A DNA stretch of 64,000 bases, from NCBI GenBank assembly GCA_963773835.1, contig CAVZCQ010000006.1:46061-110060 (forward strand). The letters run 5' to 3'. The notes under the pieces are model-generated. The model was not told the origin of the DNA. It worked only from the letters and a program-made list of their open reading frames with translations, and ran no database searches. Below, one piece after another: positions 16,776 through 26,500 of the stretch. The stretch's first letter is position 1. The number at the start of each line of letters is the position of its first letter. The translations under genes were made by a program, and so were the position numbers. The DNA comes from an uncultured Acidobacteriaceae bacterium. GTDB lineage: Bacteria > Acidobacteriota > Terriglobia > Acidiferrales > UBA7541.

Positions 16776-19331
16776 CTACTCCGCGCGGAGCGCTTCAACC
16801 GGCGAAATCGCGGCCGCCCGCCCGGCCGGAATCAGCGCCGCGATCAGCGAGCAGATCGCGAGCGCGACTGCGGCGACGCCGAGCGCGAGCGGGTCCCAGA
16901 ACGCGACGCCATAGAGCTGGGCGGAAATCAGCCGCCCGGCTCCGATGGCGAGAGGCAGGCCCAGAATCAGCCCGGCAACCACGCGTTGAAACGCGCCGCC
17001 GAGGACATGGCGAATCAGCCGGCCGCGGTCGGCTCCGAGGGCCATGCGAATGCCAAATTCGTTGGTACGCTGCGCGACCGTATAAGCGGTAACTCCGTAG
17101 AGGCCGATGGCGGCAAGCGCCAGGGCCACCAGTCCGAACAAACCCGCGAGGCTGGCGACCGCGCGCTCCTGGCTGAACGTGAGTCGGATCTGCTCCTCCA
17201 GCGTGCGGACAGATGTGATCGTGAGATTGGGATCCACGCCGGCCACCGTACGGACAATGACGGGTTCGAGTGCGCCCGGCGGCACGTTGGTGAGCAACAG
17301 AATTCCGCCGATGTAGTGCGAGCTCAGCTCAATCCTCTGCATCAGGGGCTGTGGGTAGGGGACCGTCTGTGCGAGCGGCACGTAGAACATCGGGAAGGCG
17401 GGGCGTCTCAACCCCCATCCGGCGAAACGGGCGTCTCCTACGATTCCGACGATCCGGAAGTCTCCGGCATTCTCTGGCAGATCGAGGCCGAAGTGCTGAT
17501 CGATGGGGTCTTCGCCGGGCTTGAAGAAGCGTTTGACAAACGTTTCATTGACCACCGCCACCAGCGGCGCGGATTCGTTGTCGGACTCGTTGAGCCCGCG
17601 GCCGCGAAGCACAGGAACGCCCAGATTCTGCAGGTAGTGTGCGCTCACGCGGTCCCAGGAAGCGCCTGTTTCGTCGGTCACGTTGCCCACCGGGTGCCCG
17701 GAAACGATGACCATCTCTCCCCAATTGTTCGTCAATGGATTGTAGAGCGACAAACCCGAGCCCTGAACGCCAGGAATGCGGTTGAGCGCGTCTTCAAGAT
17801 GGCGGTAGAGCGCGGCCAGCCTTTCCGGCGTGTAAGTGGCTGGCGGATTGTGGAGCGCTACCAGCACGCGTCCCGAAATCTGGTAGCCGAAATTCTGGTG
17901 TTCGAGATTGCTGAGGCTGCGCGCCAGCATCGCCGCGCCGGCCACCAGGACAACCGAAAGAGCGGCCTGCACCACCAGGAGTCCCTTGCGGGCAAACGAT
18001 CCACGGTCTCGAGTGCCCCGGCCGGCCGCGCGCAGCGCCTCGGCAGGATCCGTGCGCGTGGCCACCCAGGCGGGAGCGGCGCCGAAAATGATGCCGGTGA
18101 CGAGCGCCAATCCAAACGCAATTGCCAGGACCGGGAGTGACGGCGTCACGCGGAACGGCAGGAAGTGCGCGCTCCGGAAGGCCAGCGCCACCAGTAGCCG
18201 CGCCGCAGCCACGGCCACCACGAGTCCGGCGAGGCAACCTCCGATTGCGAGCAACATGCTCTCCGTGAGCGCCTGGGTAATGATCCGTCGCGGGGTGGCG
18301 CCGATGGCGAGACGCACCGCGGTTTGCGGGCGTCGCACCGCCGCTCGGGCCAGCAGCAGATTGGCGACGTTCGCGCACGCGATCAACAGCACCAAGCCGC
18401 AAACAGCCAGCAGAATCTCCAGGCTGCGTCCGTATTCCTCCTTCATCAACTCGACCCCGGCGCCGGCCGGGATCACGTGAATCACCTGTTTCGGAAGCGC
18501 GCGAATCACGTCCGGCATCCAGTTGGAGGGATAGCCGGAATCGGACTGCAGCCACTGGCGGAGCAGGGCGGTGAATCGCGCGGACATGCCGTTCGTCGAA
18601 GCCCCGGGCCGGAGACGGCCCATCATGCGCAGCCAGGCGGATACCGATTGATGCAGGAGCGAACTGCCGCCGGCAATCATGGATTCCTGTTGCAAGGGGA
18701 TCCAGACGTCGGGCGGATCGCTGGTCAGCGTTTCGCCAAAAAAGCCGGGAGGCGCCACTCCGATGATGGTAAACGGATGGCCCTCGACGATGAAGGTTCC
18801 GCCCACAACGGAAGTGTCACTGCCATAGGTGGTCTGCCAGGCGTGGTGGCTGAGGACCGCGACCGGCGCTGAAGCTGGCCTGTCATCCTCCGGAGTCAGC
18901 ACGCGGCCGCCAAACGCGCGCACTCCAAGCATCGAGAAATAGCCGCCGGAGACGTACTCGGAACGCAGCGGCCGCGCGGCTTGCTCGCCCTCGCGACGAA
19001 CGCTCAACAGGCCCCGCCCGGCCTGAAACGCCGCGGTCTGTTCAAATTCGGGCGCTGCGGCCTTCAGTCGCTCGTAGAGGGGGAAGGAATAGAAGCCCCA
19101 GACGTCCTGCGGCCCCCCTTCCACGCAGCAATCGTCGCCCTCACCGACCCGGTACAGGCTGGCTGGATCGGTCACAGGGAGCGACCGGAGCATGACCTCG
19201 TGGATGAGTGTGAAGATGGCCGTCGTGCCCCCGATGCCGAGGGCCAACGTGAGGATGGCCGCGGCGGTGAACACCGGCGAGTGGCGGAACTGACGCAGGG
19301 CGTAGCGCAGGTTGCCGAATAGATTTCGCAT
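16776..19331 (-). CDS. ADOP-family duplicated orphan permease (MacB-like periplasmic domain + FtsX, twice), 851 aa
   Basis: The N-terminus MRNLFGNLRYALRQFRHSPVFTAAAILTLALGIGGTTAIF is diagnostic of this acidobacterial family. Two MacB_PCD/FtsX halves are present and no adjacent ATPase. Confidence 0.85.
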   Translation of the reverse strand: MRNLFGNLRYALRQFRHSPVFTAAAILTLALGIGGTTAIFTLIHEVMLRSLPVTDPASLYRVGEGDDCCVEGGPQDVWGFYSFPLYERLKAAAPEFEQTAAFQAGRGLLSVRREGEQAARPLRSEYVSGGYFSMLGVRAFGGRVLTPEDDRPASAPVAVLSHHAWQTTYGSDTSVVGGTFIVEGHPFTIIGVAPPGFFGETLTSDPPDVWIPLQQESMIAGGSSLLHQSVSAWLRMMGRLRPGASTNGMSARFTALLRQWLQSDSGYPSNWMPDVIRALPKQVIHVIPAGAGVELMKEEYGRSLEILLAVCGLVLLIACANVANLLLARAAVRRPQTAVRLAIGATPRRIITQALTESMLLAIGGCLAGLVVAVAAARLLVALAFRSAHFLPFRVTPSLPVLAIAFGLALVTGIIFGAAPAWVATRTDPAEALRAAGRGTRDRGSFARKGLLVVQAALSVVLVAGAAMLARSLSNLEHQNFGYQISGRVLVALHNPPATYTPERLAALYRHLEDALNRIPGVQGSGLSLYNPLTNNWGEMVIVSGHPVGNVTDETGASWDRVSAHYLQNLGVPVLRGRGLNESDNESAPLVAVVNETFVKRFFKPGEDPIDQHFGLDLPENAGDFRIVGIVGDARFAGWGLRRPAFPMFYVPLAQTVPYPQPLMQRIELSSHYIGGILLLTNVPPGALEPVIVRTVAGVDPNLTITSVRTLEEQIRLTFSQERAVASLAGLFGLVALALAAIGLYGVTAYTVAQRTNEFGIRMALGADRGRLIRHVLGGAFQRVVAGLILGLPLAIGAGRLISAQLYGVAFWDPLALGVAAVALAICSLIAALIPAGRAAAISPVEALRAE

Positions 19332-19531
19332 GCCTCCCCCCCTCGAACAATTACGAACTCCGGGCGCCCCGGGTTCCCTACTTTCGACGGATTGGCGCGC
19401 CGCTGGTTAGGAGGGAAATCCGATACTCGCCAACGGAGAAGCTATGCTCAGGAGCCGGAGATTCAGCGGCAGAATGGAAGGGGCGCAAATCGAGAACCAG
19501 TAGAGCGCTCTCCGGCCTCCGGGGCGGTTCC

Positions 19532-20521
19532 TCACCGTCTCACGGGCAGGCTGCGCGCGAGCAGTGTGGAAATTTGCGATTGGGTAAGGCTGAGATTCAG
19601 CTCCACGCGCTCGCCTGACTGCTGCACCACGGCGGCATGGAGCGCCGCGGCCAGGTCCGGATTCTGATTGGATTCGGCAGTGGAGTAGAGCGCGAATCCT
19701 GCCTGGGCCACGGCGGCAAGCAGAGCGGCCTGGCTCGCGTCGGTGCAGATGAAACTGGCGGAGGCGGTAAGGTCGTTGCCCAGCGTGGCGCGCGCCACGG
19801 CGGCGCGCAGATTGTTGAGCAGCGTCTGCGCCTCAGGCCGGGCGGCTGCGTCGGGCGCGATCGTGCGGATTTCGAGGGCCGCGAATCGCTGGTCCATCAC
19901 GGACCAGATGGCACTGCGGCCATTGGCCTCGGCGAGGAGCGGAGAAAGGGTCTGGTTCTGGCGGAAGCCGGGAGCGCCCGTGGAAGCGCGGTTCAACAGT
20001 GCCTCCACCTGGTCGCGGGTGCCGAACACCAGCTTGCTGGAATCGGGAAACGCGAGGGCGAAAGCCTGGCCGGCTTCGTTCTCCCCCATCCCGATCACGT
20101 GTATCCCGGCAACTTCGGAGCTGGGCAGCCGCAGAGCGCGGGCGCGCTCCGCGACGGTGGACGGCGCAAAACTGCCCTCGGCAATGCTGATCAGTTCGAT
20201 GCCTCCGCTCGGGGAAACCAGATAAGCCCAGCTCAGTTGCTGCGCCTGGGCTTCAAAATCGACCCCCAGGGAGAGAGCCTGCGATTCGAGCTGGCGGAGC
20301 CGCGGCGGGAAATAGGAATCGTGGATGATGCGATAGTGCGGCGACTGCCGGAGGGTGTGGAGGTCGGCAAAGGCGAGTTCGCCGGCTTCGGGGGGATAGA
20401 GAGCGAGAGTGGAGTCGGGCAGGGACTGCGCGCGTGCGGGGGCCGCAAAGAACGGCACGAAGATTGCAGCGCAAAACAGCAGGCCCGCGCATCGGGCGAG
20501 GTTCCGGTGGAAGTTCATCAT
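19532..20521 (-). CDS. Secreted hypothetical protein, 329 aa
   Basis: Signal peptide LARCAGLLFCAAIFVPFFAAPARAQ. The composition is non-repetitive and protein-like. I recognise no family. Confidence 0.55.
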   Translation of the reverse strand: MMNFHRNLARCAGLLFCAAIFVPFFAAPARAQSLPDSTLALYPPEAGELAFADLHTLRQSPHYRIIHDSYFPPRLRQLESQALSLGVDFEAQAQQLSWAYLVSPSGGIELISIAEGSFAPSTVAERARALRLPSSEVAGIHVIGMGENEAGQAFALAFPDSSKLVFGTRDQVEALLNRASTGAPGFRQNQTLSPLLAEANGRSAIWSVMDQRFAALEIRTIAPDAAARPEAQTLLNNLRAAVARATLGNDLTASASFICTDASQAALLAAVAQAGFALYSTAESNQNPDLAAALHAAVVQQSGERVELNLSLTQSQISTLLARSLPVRR

Positions 20522-20806
20522 CTTGGAATCCTTGGTTCCGAAAGGTTTAGACGCCTACAGGGTGCGGGGGTATGCCGGGAGTTCCCCCAAATGCCCAGCA
20601 AATACAATGGGCGTCGGGCAGGAGTTTGTCAATTCGGCCGGCTCCGCCGCGTGGCCGATGGGAGCCCCGGTCAGCGAGGTGCGGGGTGTAGTGTCCGGCG
20701 GGAATCACGGCTGGGACGAACTCTTGACAGAGTAGTCTTTGGAAACGAGAATAAACACCTGTTTTGCGGGCACCCCCTTCCGCCCGCGCATGAACGCGAG
20801 GTTCAC

Positions 20807-21601
20807 ATGCGCATCCTGCTGGCGGAAGGCGATCCATCACTCGCCTCATTTGTACGCAAGGGTCTCGAAGCGGAACACTATGCCGTGGATACGTGTGCCG
20901 ACGGGCCGGAGACGGCCTTCCTGTGGCAGCAATTCGGCTACGATCTGCTGGTGCTGGACCTGGGCCTGAGCCCGGCCGCCGGCATGCGCGGGCACGATCT
21001 TCTCGGCGCCACGCGGGAAGCCAAGCCTGCCGTACCCATCCTGGCGCTCTGCAGCTCCTCGCGGGCCGAGGACCGGGCGCGGGCGCTGGACCATGGTGCG
21101 GACGACGTGCTCACGCGCCCCTTTTCGTTCTGTGAGCTGGCGGCGCGCGTTCGAGCCCTGTTGCGGCGAGGGGCCGGCCCTGCCGAGTCTGTGCTCCAGG
21201 TGGCCGACCTCGCCCTGGACCGGCTGGAACGCACGGTGGAACGCGCCGGACGCAAGGTTCCGCTGACGGCAAAGGAGTTTGCTCTTCTCGAATACCTCAT
21301 GCGCAATCGCGGGCGGGCGCTCAGCCGCGCCATGATCGTCGAACACGTTTGGAATCTGTGCTTCGACACTTCTACGAACGTCGTGGATGTGTATATCAAC
21401 TACCTGCGCCGAAAATTGGACGATGGATTCGATCCCCCGTTGATCCATACGGTACGGGGCGTGGGCTACCGCCTGGAAGTCCCCGACGACGCTGAAGCCA
21501 TGCTCACTCACCGGCGCAATCCCGCCACGATTCCGCTCGAGCCCCGGCGCTATCAGCCCGTTCAGGCTGCAGCAGTGGGCGCACGCGGGCCCCGGCGATA
21601 G
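20807..21601 (+). CDS. OmpR/PhoB-type response regulator (receiver + winged-helix), 264 aa, no cognate kinase nearby
   Basis: In-frame ATG 20807 lies within the over-long track ORF 19637..21601. MRILLAEGDPSLASFVRKGLEAEHYAVD...DLLVLDLGL is the receiver domain. LTAKEFALLEYLMRNRGRALSRAMIVEHVW...VDVYINYLRRKLD...IHTVRGVGYRL is the winged helix. Confidence 0.85.
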   Translation: MRILLAEGDPSLASFVRKGLEAEHYAVDTCADGPETAFLWQQFGYDLLVLDLGLSPAAGMRGHDLLGATREAKPAVPILALCSSSRAEDRARALDHGADDVLTRPFSFCELAARVRALLRRGAGPAESVLQVADLALDRLERTVERAGRKVPLTAKEFALLEYLMRNRGRALSRAMIVEHVWNLCFDTSTNVVDVYINYLRRKLDDGFDPPLIHTVRGVGYRLEVPDDAEAMLTHRRNPATIPLEPRRYQPVQAAAVGARGPRR

Positions 21602-21882
21602 CCGGAAAGGGCCCGGGCCAGGGGCCGCTCCTTAGTCATGCTTCGCTCATAGCAGCAGCAACTCCCTCATCACAGCGCATCTGCACAATTTTCGCTTGAA
21701 CGATGGCGATATGACCGTGTTCCGTTCCGAAACGGGAAGCGTCCGCGCTGTTTCAGGAAGAACACTTTCCCGCTATTTCGAGAAAAATCTAATCGCCAGC
21801 TAACGCCTTTCTAAGCCGTCTTCCCTAGCGTGTTTCATGTCGAAGCGGGCAGTGTGCCGAGGCGACGCAGCGTTCCGAACGC

Positions 21883-22812
21883 ATGGAACAGCATTCGAAA
21901 CGAACTCCAGAGAGCAAGGGGAAGAACCCGGCCATGAATCGCACATGCGTTGGCATTTCGAACAGCAGGCGGCTGAAAAATTCAACGCCCCCGCCCCTGC
22001 GGCGCCCCAGCCGCCCCGTGGCGATGGCCACGGCGGGAGACGACCGGCTGATGGAACTGCTGCCCCAGGTGCGTTTCATCGCGCGACGAATCCACAGCCG
22101 GCTGCCGGCGCACGTGCCGTTTGACGATTTGCTCCAGGCGGGAGTACTGGGCCTGCTGGACGCGCTGCGCAAATTCGATCCCCGGCGAAAGGTACAGCTC
22201 GAGTCGTACATGAAGTTCCGGATCCGCGGAGCGATTCTGGATGAGCTGCGCTCGCTGGATTGGAGCCCGAGGGAGCTGCGGCGGAAGGCTCGGCGGCTGG
22301 AGGAAGCCGAGCAGCAACTGCGCGGCCGGCTGGGGCGCGAGCCGGTGGCCGCGGAGCTGGCGAAAGTCACGGGAATGTCGCTGTCGCAATATCATCGCCT
22401 GGCGGGAGAGCTTCGCGGGCTGGATTTGGGAAGCCTGCAGGAAGTAGCGATGTCATCCGAGGAGGGAACGGAGCAGGATCTCTCTTCCCGGCTGGCTTCA
22501 CCGGAGGCCACCAGTCCGCTGGTAATGTGCACGAGCCAGGAGCAGCGGGGGCGTCTGGAAGAGGCAATCCGGAGGCTGCCGGAGCGGGAACGGCTGGCGC
22601 TCACTCTGTATTACTACGAAGAGCTGACGATGAAAGAGGTGGGCGAGGTGCTGGCGGTGGGGGAATCGCGGGTCAGCCAGCTCCACTCCTCGGCGTTGGT
22701 TCGGCTGCGGCAATATATGCAAGGGCAACCGGAGGCGCAGGGCGCGGGGCCAGGCACCGGCGAGCCTACCGCGCGTGGGGGTGTGCGGGCGTGCGGCTCG
22801 CCCATGGCCTAG
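21883..22812 (+). CDS. fliA: FliA/WhiG-family RNA polymerase sigma factor (sigma-28 type)
   Basis: LPQVRFIARRIHSRLPAHVPFDDLLQAGVLGLLDALRKFDP...ESYMKFRIRGAILDELRSLDW...RERLALTLYYYEELTMKEVGEVLAVGESRVSQLHSSALVRLR. The start is uncertain: alternative in-frame ATGs at 21934 and 22024. Confidence 0.8.
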   Translation: MEQHSKRTPESKGKNPAMNRTCVGISNSRRLKNSTPPPLRRPSRPVAMATAGDDRLMELLPQVRFIARRIHSRLPAHVPFDDLLQAGVLGLLDALRKFDPRRKVQLESYMKFRIRGAILDELRSLDWSPRELRRKARRLEEAEQQLRGRLGREPVAAELAKVTGMSLSQYHRLAGELRGLDLGSLQEVAMSSEEGTEQDLSSRLASPEATSPLVMCTSQEQRGRLEEAIRRLPERERLALTLYYYEELTMKEVGEVLAVGESRVSQLHSSALVRLRQYMQGQPEAQGAGPGTGEPTARGGVRACGSPMA

Positions 22813-22891
22813 GCTGGTTGACGACGGAACCCGCCACAGTGCGGCGGGCGGCTGCCTTCCTGCCTCAGGGCTGGCCGGCGCCCCCGGGTGC

Positions 22892-22918
22892 TAATGTATT
22901 TGCGGCAACTGCCGATTA
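22892..22918 (+). promoter_or_regulatory. Sigma-28 (FliA)-type promoter TAAT-N15-GCCGATTA upstream of flgM
   Basis: ctaatgtatttgcggcaactgccgattac contains TAAT at 22892-22895, a 15-nt spacer and GCCGATTA at 22911-22918. The enterobacterial/Bacillus consensus is TAAA-N15-GCCGAT(A/T)(A/T). The motif ends 43 nt before the flgM ATG. Confidence 0.6.
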
Positions 22919-22961
22919 CTTACGTCAGGGTGCCACCGGAAATCGGCGGCTGAACAATTAA

Positions 22962-23264
22962 ATGGCTGGACGCCCGCGAGATACACGAAAGAGAATCCCG
23001 GAAAATCAGGCCGCTAATCGTTCCATCCACAGTACGTTGCCGCTATTCCCCTCCCCAGAAGAAATCTCAATCTGTGACGCGTTGGCACGTTTCTGCCCGG
23101 GCCTGGATCAGGGGAAGATTCTCCAACGCCTTCGGGAAGACGAGGCTCGCCGCCGGGAGCGGGTGGATGAGCTACGGAGGCAGGTGATTGCCGGAACCTA
23201 CCACGTTTCGCCCCGTGCGGTCGCAGCCGCAATCCTGCTGGAAGGCGATCTGCTGGTCCAATAG
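22962..23264 (+). CDS. flgM: Anti-sigma-28 factor FlgM family, 100 aa
   Basis: C-terminal RRERVDELRRQVIAGTYHVSPRAVAAAILLEG matches the FlgM signature (RV..LK..I..G.Y.V....IA..LL). The size and the position directly after fliA fit. Confidence 0.7.
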   Translation: MAGRPRDTRKRIPENQAANRSIHSTLPLFPSPEEISICDALARFCPGLDQGKILQRLREDEARRRERVDELRRQVIAGTYHVSPRAVAAAILLEGDLLVQ

Positions 23265-23359
23265 GGCGACAGCGCGTGGAGCGGGCGCATCCAACCGTGC
23301 ATTGCTGGTGGTCAACGGCGAGCGCCCTCGGCACACGCGAAGGCGCCTGCCAAACCGCC

Positions 23360-23388
23360 TTGACACTCTGGGAGCGGGTTGCTAGCTT
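23360..23388 (+). promoter_or_regulatory. Candidate sigma-70-like promoter TTGACA-N17-TAGCTT for the giant surface-protein gene
   Basis: TTGACA at 23360-23365, a 17-nt spacer, TAGCTT at 23383-23388. It lies about 190 nt upstream of ATG 23580. Confidence 0.35.
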
Positions 23389-23579
23389 TGCCTCTGGCGT
23401 GGTCACAATTCCTTGGGTGGATGGCCCTCGAACCGGCGCCCGGTACGACGGTCCCAGCAGTATTCCGTGAGAAAGTTGCGCGACCTCTCTGTCTCCCGCC
23501 CGGCCTGTGCTGTCGTCATGGTTGAGGAATGCGGCTGCCCCGCCGCCAATCGGAGCCATTGCGGGGCAAGGGGAACTCG

Positions 23580-26500
23580 ATGAGACGCACCTGTTCGATG
23601 GTCTTTCCTCTTGCCGTAGCCGGCATGCTCTTCTACGGCTGCCTCTTCTCCCCGCCGCTCCGCGCGCAGACCTCAGGTAAAACGCCCGCGGCCGGGTCGT
23701 CCGGCGCGCAGGACGCGGAGACCGCCTCCGGGCGGCGTAAGGAACCCGACGAAGTTAGCCGCCGGCAGGAATGGTTCTACCACCAGCGGCGCTACCCACT
23801 CGCTCGCATCCCAGCCGGCGCGCGGCAGCAGGCCCTGCAGCAGCGCGAGGCCAGCCGCAGGGAGCAGGTCAATCGGGGAATGATAGCCGGAAACCAGAAC
23901 CCGGACCCGCCAATCATCTTCAATCCCTGGACGGCCATCGGGCCGCAGCCCACGGCGGCGAACGGATTCGACTTCCTGCAGCAGATCACAAACACCTCGA
24001 ACATCACCGATTTTTCGGGACGGATCAACGCCATCGCCGTGGATCCGAAGAACAACAACATCGTGTATCTCGGCGGCGCGGATGGAGGTCTGTGGAAGTC
24101 CACAGATGCCGGGGCGCATTGGTTGCCGCTCACGGACGCTCAGGCCTCGCTGGCCATGGGCGCCATCGCAATCGACCCGGGAAGTTGCGGCGGGGCCTCC
24201 TGCACGACGATCTACGCGGGCACAGGCGAGGCAAACTTTGCGGGAGACAGTTACTTCGGCGCGGGGGTTCTGAAATCCATCGATGGAGGGATGACCTTCA
24301 CGCAACTGGGCGCCACCGCGGGCTCGGTCACTTTCCTTAGCGCCGTGATCCCGACCAGCTTCGTGGGGCCGTTCGACAGCCAGACGGGCGGCGCCTTCTT
24401 CAGCGACATCGTAGTGAACCCGACGAACTCGCTCCAACTGCTCGCCAGCGTGGACTTCGGAGCAGAGACCAAAGCTTCAGGGATCTTCTGTTCGGACAAC
24501 GGCGGGATGAACTGGAAGCAGGTGGTGGCTGGAGCGGCAGGCACCGCGGTGGTGATCGCTGCGGACGGCAAAACCGCTTTCGGGGCATTGGGCGATCCCG
24601 GGGGCCTGGCCGCAAACGGGATTTATCGATCCACGACTGCCAACAACACATGCGCGACCCAGACCTGGACGCTGCTGAACGCGGCTCCACTGCCCTCGGG
24701 AACGGCCGCGGGCCGGATCTCGCTCGGGCTGGCTCCGAGCATCGCAACCAGCCCCTTCACGCTTTACGCAGCCATCGCGAATCCCTTGAATCAGTCGAGC
24801 ACCTTTCTGGATGTTTTCAAATCGGCGAACACCGGCACGACATGGAGCGCGACGCATGCGCCGGACATCTGCCAGATGCAGTGCTTCTACGACATGGTAA
24901 TCAAGGTGCACCCGAACAACTCGAGCGTGGTGTTCCTCGGCGGCTCGGCAGTCACCAACAGCAACAAAATGGATATATTCCTCCTGCGCTCGACCAACGG
25001 GGGTGGTACGTGGGACGCCGGCAACCTCACTACTGACATAGCCTTCGACGGCACCAACGAAATCCACGTGGACCAGCACGCCATCGCTTTTTCGCCGCCG
25101 ACGCCCGGCGCAGGAAGCTACACCATGTATGTGGGGAACGATGGTGGCGCCTGGGACACGCCCATGACCTGCAACACCATCAACCCCGGGACCTGCTCCA
25201 CGGTAGCCTGGACGGATTTGAACTTGACGCTGTCGCTCTCCCAGCACTATGCCGGAGTCTCGATGCACCCGGCCAGCCAACTGGTGGTTATGGGCGGATT
25301 CCAGGACAACGGCTCGCAGAAATACGACGCCGGGACGTTCCCCGGCTCGACCGCCTGGACCATGATCAACGGTTCCGATGGGGGAGCCACGTACATTGAC
25401 CGTGGAGTTCCCAGCACGGTCTATGCCACCACGGAATTCATTCCCAACTTTTCCTTCATCACGAAATCGGTGACCAACGGCGACCTGGACTCGACGAACG
25501 CGATCACGTTTTCGCAAGCCACGAACGGGATCGACGCCAACGGCACCGGCTCGGACTATTCCGAATTCATCCCGCAGCTCGCCAGCGACCCCACGCCGGG
25601 GAATAACCGGGTGCTTTACTATCCCACCTGCAATCTGTACCAGTCGCGGGATGGCGCGGGGAACTGGACGGCTATGACCGCCGCTTCGCTTTGTGCGGCC
25701 GGGCTGGCGGACTATACGACGATTGCTCCCGCGGCCGACGGAAATACCGTGTACGCCGGAGACAGTAATGGCGGCGTGCACGTAACCACGAATGCGATTC
25801 GCGCGGCCAACGCGGCGTGGACGAACGTAACGAAAGCGCCGCTTCCGGGCCGCTTTATCACCAAAATCGCCGTGTCGCCCACGAACCCGCAATTCGCTCT
25901 GGTAGCCTATTCCGGTTTTTGTGGCTTCAACGCCGGCGACAACGTGGGGCACGTGTTCGAGACCGCGAATGGCGGCACGAGTTGGACGGACATCAGCGGC
26001 GGCTGCAATGGGGTTGTCGGCCAGGCCCTGCCCAACACGCCTGTGAACGACATCGTGATCGACCCGGCGGACAACACGAACCAGACCTTTTATGTGGCCA
26101 CGGACGTGGGCGTGTTTATCACCTCGAATGGCGGGGGCGTATGGCTGCAACTCGACCAGCAGCCCCGGACGCTGCCGGACGGCGTGGTGCTTTCCCTCAC
26201 GCTGCGGAATGAATCGCGGACGCTGGTGGCCGGGCTGCACGGGCGGGGCGCCTGGGCGATGCAGTTGCAGTCGTTCATGCCGGCGTACGGGCTGGCCTCG
26301 CTTACGCCGGTGTTTGCAGCGCAGGGCAGCGCGGCAGACGTGATGCTGACGGCGAACGGAGAGGGGTTTGTGTCGGGCGACACAGTGCAATTCAACGGCG
26401 TGGGGCTGGTGACGACTTTCGTTTCGCCAACGAAACTGACGGCGACAATCCCGGCGGCAATGCTGGCGAACCGGGGCACCGCCTCGATCACCGTCTTTGA

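Noticed and set aside
16629-18140. 503-aa plus-strand ORF
   Set aside because: Antisense to the ADOP permease gene, with Arg-rich nonsense composition.
19637-20806. N-terminal 390 codons of the 654-aa track ORF 19637..21601
   Set aside because: This part is antisense to the secreted-protein gene 19532..20521 and then crosses an intergenic region. Only the last 264 codons (from ATG 20807, MRILLAEGD...) form a response regulator.
23264-23579. Sigma-28-type promoter upstream of the giant gene (and upstream of the paralogue at 35490-35619)
   Set aside because: I looked for GCCGAT[AT][AT] with TAA[AT] 15 nt upstream and found none on the coding strand. Only a sigma-70-like candidate is present, so direct FliA control is not supported by sequence.
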